Positions 33,024 to 44,428 of a DNA stretch of 45,100 nucleotides are shown piece by piece; within the stretch, counting starts at the first letter, position 1; the number at the start of each line of letters is the position of its first letter. The stretch is from Saprolegnia diclina VS20 (taxonomy: Eukaryota): the NCBI RefSeq assembly GCF_000281045.1, contig NW_008246081.1, forward strand, positions 62,001 to 107,100. Reading direction: 5' to 3'. Made by a program: the position numbers and the translations under genes. A model generated the notes under the pieces. The model was not told the origin of the DNA, made no database searches, and saw only the letters and a list, made by a program, of their open reading frames with translations.

Positions 33024-35729
33024 TTAGTACTCGCCTTGGACGCGCGCGTTGGTCGGGTCAAAGACGCACTTGGTGTGCAGCGTCGCGGGCACGCGTCGCT
33101 CGTTGAGCGTCTCGATCTCGTAGACGCCGTCCTTGACAAACTTGGGCGTGACGACGGCGCCGTCCGGGTGCTGGATGTAGCCGTACCCGACGCTCTTGCC
33201 GACGCTGTGGCCGAACGCGCACCGGCGCACAAACCCGACGCACGTGCCGTCGCGCCAAATGGCTTCGTTGCCCTTGAGCGGAATGTGCTCGTTGGGCGTG
33301 AGGCAGATGAGCTTCTTGCTGACGCCGTTGGCTTTCTGCTTCGCAAGGACGTCGCGGCCGCTAAAGTCCTTGTCGAGTTTGCACGTAAAGAGCATGCCGG
33401 CCTCGACCGGCGTATCGTCGCTCCGGAGGTCCTCGTGCCAGTGCTTGTAGCCCTTCTCAACACTCAGCGCGTCCATCGCCAAGTACCCGGCGTTGCGGAT
33501 GCCGAGCGCCTCGCCGGTCGTCCAGAGCGCGTCGTACACGGCTTCACACGCGTCTTTCGGGATGTGCAGCTCGTACCCGAGCTCGCCCACGAACGTGAGC
33601 CGCAGCATGCGGAAGGTGTACCCCGCCATCGTCACTAGGCGGTGCGTCGAGAACGGAAACGCGTCGTTGGAGAGGTCGGCGCCCGTGAGCTTCTCGAGGA
33701 GCGGGCGACTCAGCGGCCCTTGAACGCTAAGGACACCAAAGTCATCGGTAAAGTCGGCCAGTGACGTCTTGGGGAAGCGCCGCAACAGCGATGCAATCCA
33801 CGCAAAGTCGTGCGTGGCCGAGGCACCGCCGGCCGTGATGTAGAACGTCGTGTCGTCCACTTGGCTGACTGTGAGGTCGCACTCGGTGCCGCCCGCGGCG
33901 TTGCACATGAGCGTATACACGGTCGCGCCCGGGCCCTTCATTTTGTTGGTGCAAATGTACTCGATGGCCGCCGGCGCGTCGTCGCCCGACAGGACAAACT
34001 TGCCAAAATAGCTCTGGTCGAAGAGCACGACAGTCTCGCGGCAAGCGCGGGCCTCGGCGCCGACAATCTCGTGGCTCCCGGGCCACCCAAAGGTGTTGTC
34101 GGCCTCGATCGCGCGCAAGTACGGGTCGTCCGCGTGCGGCGTATGGTTGTAGTTGCCGTAGTAGGTGTAGGGTTTGACCGCCACGTCGCCTTGGCTGCGG
34201 ACGTCGGCAAAGTACCCTGGGCGTTCGTAGCCGTGGCGCGTCTGGAAGACGCAGTTGGCGGCCTTGAGCTTGGCGTGGAAGGGCGTGAGGCGGACGTTGC
34301 GGCCGCCGAGGGGCTCGTCGTGCGGGAACACGATCGAGTAGTTCTTGGCGTACGCCTCGTGCGACCGCTCCCGGTTCCATCGCTGGTGGCCGAGCATGCT
34401 CAGGTGGTAGCGCTGGATGTCGTACGAAAACATGTCGATCGTCGGGCGACCGGCCGTGACCCAGTGCGCGAGCTGCTGCCCTGCGCCGCCCGCGAGCATG
34501 ATGCCCGCCGAGTTGAAGCCGCAGCCAAGGAAGAAGCCTCGGACGCCCGGCATCTCGCCGAGGAGCGCCTTGTGGTCGGGCGTGAACGACTCGGGCCCGC
34601 ACACTGTCGAGCGCACGCCCGTGGCTTCGATGATCGGGACGCGGTTGACCGCGCCGTTGATGTGCGTCGAGAAGACGTCCCAGTCCAAGTCAAAGAGCGA
34701 GAACGCAAAGTCGTTCTGGACGTTCTCCCAGAAGATCGGGTTGGGCTCGTAGCCGCCGACTTGAAGGACGTCGCCCTAGCTACTGTGAGCGACTGCATGA
34801 AGAGGTTCCGAGTACCTGCAGCTTGAGGTACACCGAGGCGTCGTGGTCCCGAACGTTGGGCATGTTTTGAATGCCCTCGATGCGCTCGGTGACGACGTAC
34901 GCGTGGTGCATGGCGCAGAGCGGAATGTCTTTTCCCACCATCTTGGCGATGTAGTTGGACCAGACGCCGGCGGCGTTGACGACACGCTTGGTGCGGATGA
35001 CGTGGCCGCCACCGAGTTGGACGCCGACGACCTGCGTCTCGTCCTTGCCGGCGGCTTCCGTGAGGATGGCTTCGACGGGCGTCTTTTCAAAAATCTTGGC
35101 TCCATGGAGCTTGGCGCCTTTGGCCAAGGCCGCGACCCAGCTCGACGGGTCGATGGTTCCGTCGCCCGGCGAGTAGAGCGTGCCCTTGAGGTCCGAGACA
35201 TTCATGAGCGGGTACAGCGCTTTCGTGTCGGCCGGCGACAGCACCTCAGCGTGGATGCCAAAGTACTTGCCGAGCGTCGCGAGCCGCTGGTACTCGGAGA
35301 GGCGCTCCGCATTGGCCGCGATGAAAAGGCCACCGTTCTCGACCCAGCCCGTCGAGACGCCAGTCTCGGCCTCGAGCGTCTTGGCCAAATGCCGCGTGTG
35401 GTTGATCTAACACACTTTGCACATGAGTCGACGCGGTCGGTGGCGAGGCGACGCACGAGCTGAATGTCAATGTCGCTGGGCCGGAGCCGCCAAAGGAGAC
35501 CGGCGCTGTGCCACGTCGTGCCGGCCGTGAGCTGGTCCTTCTCGACGAGCACGGCGTCGACGCCCATTTGGCTCAAGTGGTACAAGGTGGACGCGCCGAT
35601 GGAGCCGCCGCCAATGACGACGACGTCTGCGGACGACGGGAGTCCCTCGGTTGGCGCCGCCGCCGAGAACGGACGCGACCACGAGGCCAGCGACGGGCGC
35701 CGAACGTGCTTCTGGAGGTACCGGCGCAT
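33024..35729 (-). CDS. SARDH: Sarcosine/dimethylglycine dehydrogenase, mitochondrial; 3 exons (35729-35457, 35406-34816, 34775-33024)
   Basis: Presequence [14 protein letters not shown] motif [20 protein letters not shown] (flavinylated His); [16 protein letters not shown]; GcvT-like [11 protein letters not shown] and LSVEKGY. Introns 35407-35456 and 34776-34815. Confidence 0.93.
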
Positions 35730-36085
35730 GGGGAAATGGGCTTCGGGGATGACCAAAGATCTTTCGGAAAGGCGCACTTAGCGCGGAACTTCAACCAGCA
35801 AGTCAGCACGAATTCGCTTAGATAAGGTCGTAAAGAGCGATTTCGAGCACCATGACAAGATTTGCCCGCAACAAATTAGGTAGAAAGAACCAAGCAACAG
35901 TCGTACACTGCAAGGCTCCAGATACTCCGTCCAATATTTGGCTGGGTAGCGTCTCGGTGGCGGCGAGTTGCGCGTGTTGTTGACGCAATCGTTTAGGGCA
36001 ACGGAGATTAACGCACTTTTTAAGGTAATGTCGACGCGCTGGGCGGCGCTCGATGCCATTGGCTGAAATTTAGTTGGAATTTCGA

Positions 36086-36710
36086 ATGTTGAAGCGAGTG
36101 GCTCCGCTTTTGGCCGGCGTCCAGCGCCGCTTCGCGAGCATCGACACGGGCTGGCCGACCCGCAAGGTCGTCGAGAACCACAGCGCGCGCGGCAAGTACG
36201 AGGTCGTCAAGGAGCTCGAGGTCGGCCTCGTGCTCGTGGCCTCCGAGGTTAAGAGCATCCGCGACGGCAACTGCGATATCTCGGCTGCCTTTGCCGCCGA
36301 GTACGCCGGCGAGCTCTACCTGCATCAAATGTACATTCCCGGTACGACCATCGACTTTACTCGGCGCATTGACTGATCAAGAATGCAATACAAGTCTGGC
36401 GACATGGCATCATTGGGCGCCACGAGACGTACCGCGAGCGCAAGATCCTCGCCCATCGGCACGAGATCAAGCGCATCATCGAGTTTGCTCGGCAGCCCAA
36501 CGCGCACTTGGTAGGGAAGCATCGGCAGTCATCGCGTCAACTCATGGCGAAGGGTAGGTGCCTCTGCGCGTGCACCTGGGCACGACCAACTGGATCAAGA
36601 TCCAACTGGGTCTCTGCACCAAGAAGAAGGGCCCCGACACTCGCAAGCGCGAAGACGAGCGCGACGTAAAGCAGCAGATTCGCCGCGCGCTGAAAAGCGA
36701 CGACTACTAA
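36086..36710 (+). CDS. smpB: SsrA(tmRNA)-binding protein SmpB, nucleus-encoded with probable mitochondrial presequence; 3 exons (36086-36341, 36395-36510, 36558-36710), 174 aa
   Basis: Spliced product carries SmpB motifs N.SAR..YEV...LEVGLVLVASEVKSIR.G, GELYL..MYIP, HE..RERKILAHRHEI, LVPLRV, IKIQLGL..KKK..D.R. Introns 36342-36394 and 36511-36557 are GT-AG and frame-restoring. Confidence 0.92.
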
Positions 36711-37243
36711 CTAGACTTGACTTCCTTGCGCTGCGTGCATGCATCTAGCACATGACACGCCCAACGACGCACTTGCTGCCAGTGATACCGACAACTGTTG
36801 CCAGTATGGTCAGTCGCCGCCTCGAAGCGCCGCACACGCGATGCTCTGCGCGTGCGTCACTGTGGGCACTGCGGTGTTACGTGGCAAGCCGCCCGTACAG
36901 TACGACAATCCAACCCCACGGTAAACAGACCAGTAGGCTACGTATGGACGCGCTGATCCATGCAGATCATAGAGGTATCCATCGTGTCCATGTCCCGTCG
37001 GCGGTGCAGCTCTGGACCACGACGACGACGGCCTTGCCGAGGGCTTGCCCATCCTGTCGTGTCCTGCGATAGTATGACCAACGGGTGCGTCACACGGTTC
37101 AGATGGCACCATTGGACCAATCAACGCGCATGGCGGGTGGTATTTCAGCCAATCGCTTGCGATGATGAGGTCCCCAAAAAAATCCATTTTGGATACCGGA
37201 TACCGGCGAATCGGCAGCCAGTATAAGAACCATCTCTGCCGGC

Positions 37244-37253
37244 TATCCGGATA
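37244..37253. promoter_or_regulatory. Perfect palindrome TATCCGGATA, exemplar of a recurrent upstream motif
   Basis: About 95 bp upstream of ATG 37348; half or near copies lie upstream of several other genes (see findings). Confidence 0.5.
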
Positions 37254-37347
37254 ATCGAACTCTGTCGTTTGGACCGTTTTTCGGTGGTCGTATGACACAA
37301 CGGACTCTCGCGTTACCTTCGCGGTCGAGGCCAGCAGCAGCAGCAGC

Positions 37348-39066
37348 ATGACGAGTGTGCGGAGCGACCGCAGCTACCTCCGTCCAAGCGAGTCGCACTA
37401 CCGAGCCTCAGAAGCAGAGGACAATCGGCGACCCATCGTCAGCGACGTCAACGACGTGAGCCTCCTCGCCGAGCCCTCGGTGCGGGCCAAGAACACAATG
37501 TGGAAGCTCGGGCAGCGCATCACGTACTCGGCCGAAGCGCGCTTCTTCACCTTCCTCGGCCAGCTGCTCGACCGCGAGCAGAGCGTTATGGACCCGCGTC
37601 TGCCCGGCTTCAACACCAACAACACGTCGTTCTTGACGGCGCTACCGGATGCCAACAACAGCCAGCGCATCCAGCGCCACCCGACGCTCTACAACGCGCA
37701 CAACGCCGTGCACTTGCCACCGCTGCCGCCACTGGACTTTGCGCCGACAAAGCACCGCAAGCGCCCGCGCAGTATGAGCTTGACCAACTACCATCGGTGG
37801 TCGCACGACTTTCCATCAATCCGCCCGGGCATGTCGGTGCGCGTCGTCCGCGCCGAGCGCACGCCCGACGGCGTGGCCCAGTACGTCATCAACGTCGTCG
37901 ATCTGCACACCAAGGTGCTCTGGGTCGTCCGCAAGCGCTTTCGGGACCTCTATCGCTTCCGGAAGGAGGTCAAGGCGCTCTGCCGTGCCAGCCCGTACGG
38001 CGACCAGCTCAAGTATCTCTTTGACATTCCGTTTCCAGGGCGCAGCGTCGTGGCGAAGGCGCCCGAGATGATCTTGCGTCGGCGACTCGTCCTCGATACC
38101 TTTCTGCGCAACATTGCGTCGCTCAACCCCGACACGCCGCTGCACGTGGCCGTCCTGGGCAAGCTCCAAACCGAGCTCTGCACGCTCGAGTTTATCCGGC
38201 GCCTCGGGGCCATCGACCCGTACGAAGACCCGACCGACCTCGAGCTCAAGTGGCTCGCGTTCGACTTGTTCCGGAACCTCAACAGCTGCTGCACGATCGA
38301 GGGTGACACGTGCCAGCGCTTCGTGCACGTCTTCCGGAACCGCGTCGCCGTCGTCCAGGCCTGCGTCGTCGCGATCGCGGTCGACCACAAGAAGCTGGCG
38401 AGAGACGCACTCCGCGACCTCCGCCGCATCACGACGCAGATTGAAAAGTACGTGCTCGACACACTCGAGCCGCAGTACCGGCGCACGATCGCGGCAGCGT
38501 TGAGCGACTCGCACACGATCGAGGCGGTCGACGACGCGATTGAAGAGATTGTGCACGTGACGGTCGAAGACGCGGTCATGGTGCCGCTCCAGGAGCAGAT
38601 CCAGTACCTCGTGCAGCTCACGATCGACCACGCGCTCGAGGCGACCGTGACGCAGACCATGGAGCACAAGCTCTTTGGCAAGTCGCAGACGTTCTTTGGC
38701 ATTCCCGAGTCGCTCCAGTCGGACTCGAACTGGGGCAAGGCCTGCTACCACTTGAGCATGATGGAAGAGCGCATGCTGCCGTGCGAGAAGCTCAAGGAGC
38801 TCGTGCTCTCGGCCGGCGAGATCTTTCGCGCGTGCCAGGAAAAGGGCTTTGCGTACACAGAGAGCATGTCGGCCATGAACGCCGACGACTTTTTGCCGAT
38901 TCACATCTACGTGGTCGTGCACTCGGGGCTCCAGCGGCCGTACTTTGCCAAGGAGTTCCTCGGCGCCATGATCCATCCGTCCAAAATGCTCGGCGAAACC
39001 GGATATTTCCTCACCATGTTTGAGGCCGCGCTCAAGTACGTGACGGAGAGCATGTCGGATCCGTAG
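37348..39066 (+). CDS. PX-domain and VPS9-domain protein (putative Rab5 GEF)
   Basis: PX-like YVINV...WVVRKRFRDLYRF...FPGR...RRLVLDTFL; VPS9 signature PCEKL, MNADDFLPIHIYVVV, GETGYFLTMFEAALKYV. Confidence 0.88.
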   Translation: MTSVRSDRSYLRPSESHYRASEAEDNRRPIVSDVNDVSLLAEPSVRAKNTMWKLGQRITYSAEARFFTFLGQLLDREQSVMDPRLPGFNTNNTSFLTALPDANNSQRIQRHPTLYNAHNAVHLPPLPPLDFAPTKHRKRPRSMSLTNYHRWSHDFPSIRPGMSVRVVRAERTPDGVAQYVINVVDLHTKVLWVVRKRFRDLYRFRKEVKALCRASPYGDQLKYLFDIPFPGRSVVAKAPEMILRRRLVLDTFLRNIASLNPDTPLHVAVLGKLQTELCTLEFIRRLGAIDPYEDPTDLELKWLAFDLFRNLNSCCTIEGDTCQRFVHVFRNRVAVVQACVVAIAVDHKKLARDALRDLRRITTQIEKYVLDTLEPQYRRTIAAALSDSHTIEAVDDAIEEIVHVTVEDAVMVPLQEQIQYLVQLTIDHALEATVTQTMEHKLFGKSQTFFGIPESLQSDSNWGKACYHLSMMEERMLPCEKLKELVLSAGEIFRACQEKGFAYTESMSAMNADDFLPIHIYVVVHSGLQRPYFAKEFLGAMIHPSKMLGETGYFLTMFEAALKYVTESMSDP

Positions 39067-39229
39067 TATGTTCAAGTTCTAGTCGTTTTGGATAACCTAA
39101 TGCAGACAGTCATGTCCCATAATCCCACACGCTTGTGCATTGGCTCCGGCACCGCGAGAAATGCTTACGGGGAATAGGGTTAGAAGTTGATACTTTGATA
39201 CATAATGAAACGCTGTTCTTAGAGGCGTC

Positions 39230-42200
39230 TTAGAGCTGGGCCATCCACTCTTGGAGCGCCTCGCCGGGCGACTCGTACCGGCGCGTTGTGTCCTTGAGCT
39301 GGTGCATGTAGTAAATCCCGAGGTAAAATTCATCGAAGACCATGCGGGAGACGACAGTGCTGCCGCGGCCGACACGGACCGCCTTGCGAAACATGAGTTC
39401 GCCGTCGGTGCGGCACGACTCCTTGTCGACGCCCGCGATCTCGGTGAGGAACCGGCAAAACTTGGCGACCGTGAGGCTGATGCGACCGTCGTCGCCGGCG
39501 TCGCCACCAGTCGCAAAGTAATCAAAGAGCGGCCAGAGAACCGTCTCGACGTCGGCGCCGACGTAAATGGGCTTTTGGTGCCGACCGCCGACCTGGACCC
39601 GGCTCCAGTCGACGTCGTGCCACGCTTTGTGCAGCTTCTCGCGCACCGACATGGGCGTAGGGCACACGGCGTACGAGTGCAAGATGCAGGCGCCAAACAC
39701 CTGGATAAACCCTTGGAGCGACAGCACCTTGTCGTTGTGCTGCGTCACGACCCCAAAGGCCTCGGCGACAACCTCGGACGTAAACGCATTTGGCACGAGT
39801 TTGAGGTCTTGGAAACACTGCAGCGCGCCCTGCAGGTGCATGGCGACAGCGTGCGGTTGCGTCGCCGTCAACGTCGCCTGCAGTTGCCGCTCGAGCGGTC
39901 CCCAGTGCGGTGCCGGCACCGGCGTTGGCGAGTTGGGGTGGTGCGTCGCATACTTGACGAAGAGTGCCACCAGCGGGCGCTCGTACGCCAAGATGAGGTC
40001 GCCGACCTGCGGCAAGTCATACCTAAGTCCATTGTGAGGATAGGGTTCTTCCATGCACGAGGGTATACCAGGCAATGCTCGGGTCAGTCACGGGGAGGTC
40101 GATTTGCGGCACGGCCTCGCTGGGATATGCGTGCTTGAGACTGGCTTTCTCCAGCACAGCGCGCTCGACGACCGCGGTTTCGTGCTCGAGGACAGCGAGG
40201 AGCTTCTCCTGGTTTTGCAAAATGTCATCGCTGAGCTTGTTCTGGCGCGCCCACGACGGCTCGGGATTCTCATCGGGAGCCAACAAGTGCCGCCAAAAGC
40301 CGTCGAGGCGGGCTTGCAGCGCCGGGTCCGACGCCTCGTCCCGCATTGCCCGCAAGTAGTCGTGGAGACCGTTGACAAACACTGGCAGCGTCAGCGGGGC
40401 GGCCGAAAAGTAGCTCCCGAGCGGCGCAAGGACGTCGAGGGTGTCGGTGACGGCACCCGCCGGTGCGAGCGTCGACTGCACGAGCTCGTAGCAGCTGTCG
40501 AGCGACATTTGCGGCGTCCAGCCGTCAGTCGTCGGCGCGTCGGCGTGAATACCAAAGAGCTGCGTGAGCCGATCGACGACGAGGTCTTTACCGAGCTGCA
40601 CGAGGCTTTGCGGGAGCGCCCAGGCTGCGTCAACAGTGCAGAGTGCCGTCATGTGGGTTGAGAGCGACGCGTGCGCCGCTTCGATTTCCGCCACCCGCGC
40701 CTCTTCCCGAAGTAGCTTCTTGGAGAGTGCCTCGACAGCGATGCGCGTGTCGTGGGTGACGAATTGGTATCGCTCGACGTCTGCGAGCAGCACCTTGTTG
40801 TACTGGTCGAGGGACTTGGCAAACTTGGTCTGGTCGTCGAGCGCAGTCTCAAGCGAGGCGACCCTGGTGTCGAGTGACTTAGTGGCTTTTGACAACCTCG
40901 CTGCCGCCCGCCACTGGAGCAACCACTGGCGGACACCGGTCGCCCGGTCGATATGTCGTAGAACGTACGCCACAAACCCGTGCTTACTGAGCTGAAGCTC
41001 GCCCCGGAGCTGCGTCATGACATCGGTTTGCTCGGTCAACCGGTGCTCAAGCTGCCGCGTCGACTCTTCGACCTTGGCCTTTTGCCGTGAGAGCGCAAAG
41101 ACGCACTCTTTGGCTTCGTGGAGCTCGTGCACCTGGGCCGACGCCGTTGCGATGGCCGACTGTAGTACATTGCTCTGCGTCGAGCCCCGCCAGGTTGTTA
41201 GCGCCCGCCGGGTCGTATCGAGGCCGCGCAGTTGCATCCACCGATTGAGCCGGCGGAAAGCGTAGAGCCGATAGCGGTATCGGACGGTGGTGTCGTGGCT
41301 TGTCGCTCGCCACCGCCGAAACGACGTACCGAGGGTCTTCATTCGCCACTGCTTGGAGTGTGCTTCCATGAGAAGAAGCATGCACTGCAGCGACGTCTCG
41401 CGGGCGTGGCGTCGGTACTCCTTGACCATCGTCGTCGCCATGGCTGCGCGGTGCTCGCCAGCCTGGAGCTGTCCCGAGCTGCGCAGACAGTGCAAGCCAC
41501 GGTCCATGCCGTGTCGCTTCTCTGCGTGGGCAAAGAGGATCATTGCCATTTTGTTGGTCGCGAGCCCCAACCGCGCCTGTCGCCGGCGCACCGACGTCAC
41601 CCACTGCGTAAACACCCGTCGCAGCACCGACGCCGTGGCATGGTCGAAAATGCGGCGAAGCGCACTCGATTGTAGCAGACGCCGTTGCTTGGACCAGTGT
41701 ACCTGGGCTTGCAGTAGCTTTGACTGGCTCGCTTCCATCGCTGCCGCCGAGTCCTGCAAGGCGCCCACGCTGGATTCAAGCGCCTGAATGTACGCTCGCA
41801 GCTGCATCTCGTTCGAGACGTGTGCAGCCACCGACTCTTCGAGGTGGGCCACTTTGGACGCGTACGCTGCGTTGGCCAAGTGCGCTGCTTCCAGCTCGGT
41901 CTTGAGCGTCTTGGTCTCGCCCAAGTAGGACGCAAAGGACGCGAGCTTGAGGTCGATCGTGTGCAGCAGCGTCTCGCCCTTGCGCGGTTCGTGGACGATG
42001 TGGGCTGTCGGCATCGACACGCGCTTCACGGGCGCGATGCTCAGCGCCGCGACACTGCCGTTGGCGTGCAGCGTGTGCCAGAGCGCTTGGCGCTGCGACT
42101 CGCCGAGGCTCTTGTGCTGCTCCGGCACCGACGAGAGGCTCTTTCGAACATACCGCGGCTTGGTCTCGTCGCCCTCGTGGACCGTCGCCAAGACACCCTT

Positions 42201-42611
42201 CTCCGACACGAGGTGGTCCCACTCGTGTTCGCTGTCGTCCCTGATACCGATGGTCGCGACGGTGCCGCCGGACGGCAGGTCGCGGGCACTTGGTAGCGTC
42301 GTGCAGCGCACAGCTGCCCCTAAAGGTCCACTCGTAGTGTGCGCTGGCGGTGGCGGCGCCAACGTTGGGTCGGCTATCGTTGGTGGCAGCGGTGATTCGA
42401 CGTGTGGTAGCGACGCGAACGGGTTGCCCGCGTTGGTCACCGGCGTTGGTGCGGCGACGGGCGTTGGTGCTTCAACTGGGGGCAACCGCCATTCGTCGTC
42501 CGAGACGAGGACGTTCTGCTCCGGTGTCTTGCCGATCGGCTTTGGCTCCGAGAAGAAGAGGTCGTCGAATGCAGCGTCAAAGTCCACGTCGCCGTCGTCG
42601 TCCGTGCTCAT
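39230..42611 (-). CDS. Large coiled-coil hypothetical protein with helical (EF-hand-like) C-terminal region; 2 exons (42611-40069, 40022-39230)
   Basis: Intron 40023-40068 joins the 868-aa and 281-aa ORFs in frame; heptad-rich centre with F..W repeats. Confidence 0.75.
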
Positions 42612-42732
42612 CGCCGCGACCTTTCGCAACTGGTCGGTTCCGCTCCATTTTATTCAATTTCCATACAAATTCCAAGAGACCAACGGCGTAGATTGGCTGA
42701 GATTACGCTATCGTCGTCGACCACTGCCGGTT

Positions 42733-43383
42733 TCAGGCAGCCAAACAACGCGCCAAAACCACGCCGATGACGGCGACCGCCGACGACCCGACGCACGATG
42801 CCGTCGACGGCGGAGCCGTTGTCGCCTTGGGCGGTGACTTTGTACTACCGCCCGGCGCAGTCGTCACGTTGCCCGGCGCCGTCGTAACATTGCCCGGTGC
42901 CGTTGTAACATTACCCGGCGCCAGCGTCGTTGCCTGCATTGTTGTCGGCGGCGGCACGGTTGTCGCTGGCTTCGTCGTGACGGGAAGTGTCGTCGTCATG
43001 GGCGTCGCTGTCTGGCTAACGTTGCTCGTGCTCGTACCATTGTCCGACGGCGTCCGAACGAGAGTCGCCGGAACAAGCATGCCGGGTTCGTCCGGTGTGA
43101 ACGAAGCGTTGGTTGCCGACGGCGCGTTGCAGCGGAAGGCCACGTAAGGCGACGCCTTGGCTCGCATGCAGCACTGACGCACCGAGAGCTGGCCGCTCGC
43201 GTTGTACGCGTGTATCACGTACACGAGGCCGTCGCAACAGCCCTCGATGATCGGGTCGTAGCACTTGGCGCGGCCTTGGTTGCCGCAGAGCATCCCTTCA
43301 TTGCAGCTCACGACCATCCCAGCAAACACAGCGTGGAGGTAGACGACGCTCAGGAGAGCAAAGGCACGGAGCGAGGCTGGCAT
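42733..43383 (-). CDS. Secreted, probably GPI-anchored mucin-like protein with small Cys-rich N-terminal domain
   Basis: Signal peptide; CNEGMLCGNQGRAKCYDPIIEGCCDG..QCC..C; Thr/Pro-rich stalk; hydrophobic C-terminus with no cytoplasmic tail. Confidence 0.8.
   Translation of the reverse strand: MPASLRAFALLSVVYLHAVFAGMVVSCNEGMLCGNQGRAKCYDPIIEGCCDGLVYVIHAYNASGQLSVRQCCMRAKASPYVAFRCNAPSATNASFTPDEPGMLVPATLVRTPSDNGTSTSNVSQTATPMTTTLPVTTKPATTVPPPTTMQATTLAPGNVTTAPGNVTTAPGNVTTAPGGSTKSPPKATTAPPSTASCVGSSAVAVIGVVLARCLAA
42850..42922 (-). repeat. 21-bp coding tandem repeat x3 (APGNVTT)
   Basis: cccggcgcagtcgtcacgttg / cccggcgccgtcgtaacattg / cccggtgccgttgtaacatta on the plus strand. Confidence 0.9.
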
Positions 43384-43871
43384 CGAAGCGAACAGTTGAA
43401 GAATGAGGTTGGTGAAAGAAGTCGGCGATCGCGCCGTTGGTGGTGGAATGCGCGCTGCTGCCGTTGGACGAGCGCCTTCCAGCTCAACGTTCGCATGAGA
43501 GCTGGCTGTGGTCCCGGATGCCGCTTCGGTCTGTACCTGTCATCCCACTACGTAGCAGGTCGTAGTGTTTCTTGGTCACTCCATCCGGAGTGATGTACAC
43601 CTTTTCCAGTTTCCTTGTTGCAATAGACCAGTCGGCTGACGATCGAGCCAACGGAATGTCCTGGCTCACTTCAAACCCGCTTCCGCTTGTACGCTGGTAC
43701 AGCTCGTCAAGTCGACCGAAGCACAGCTTCAGACGGTGTTGTGTCGACAGGTAGATGCCCCAAAAAGACGCTCCAACTCGGCCAATCAAACGTCGTTTTC
43801 ACGATCGTATTGGCCAATCAGCCACGCGCAGGAAGCTCCGTTTGACACAGCAACATAATCTGATTTGGATG

Positions 43872-44426
43872 NNNNNNNNNNNNNNNNNNNNNNNNNNNNN
43901 NNNNNNNNNNNNNNNNNNNNNNNNNNNNNNNNNNNNNNNNNNNNNNNNNNNNNNNNNNNNNNNNNNNNNNNNNNNNNNNNNNNNNNNNNNNNNNNNNNNN
44001 NNNNNNNNNNNNNNNNNNNNNNNNNNNNNNNNNNNNNNNNNNNNNNNNNNNNNNNNNNNNNNNNNNNNNNNNNNNNNNNNNNNNNNNNNNNNNNNNNNNN
44101 NNNNNNNNNNNNNNNNNNNNNNNNNNNNNNNNNNNNNNNNNNNNNNNNNNNNNNNNNNNNNNNNNNNNNNNNNNNNNNNNNNNNNNNNNNNNNNNNNNNN
44201 NNNNNNNNNNNNNNNNNNNNNNNNNNNNNNNNNNNNNNNNNNNNNNNNNNNNNNNNNNNNNNNNNNNNNNNNNNNNNNNNNNNNNNNNNNNNNNNNNNNN
44301 NNNNNNNNNNNNNNNNNNNNNNNNNNNNNNNNNNNNNNNNNNNNNNNNNNNNNNNNNNNNNNNNNNNNNNNNNNNNNNNNNNNNNNNNNNNNNNNNNNNN
44401 NNNNNNNNNNNNNNNNNNNNNNNNNN
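43872..44426. other. Assembly gap (555 N)
   Basis: Run of N bases. Confidence 1.
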
Positions 44427-44428
44427 AC

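Noticed and set aside
36086..36710. Bacterial contamination as the source of smpB
   Set aside because: The gene has two spliceosomal introns, host-like codon usage and eukaryotic neighbours.
36711..37340. Possible nuclear ssrA/tmRNA next to smpB
   Set aside because: No tRNA-Ala-like ends or T-loop pattern recognised by eye; a covariance-model search would be decisive.
42850..42922. CRISPR-like or non-coding repeat array
   Set aside because: In-frame 21-bp coding repeats without spacers.
43484..43789. 101-aa minus ORF beside the gap
   Set aside because: Weak codon bias, no ATG start, no recognisable domain.
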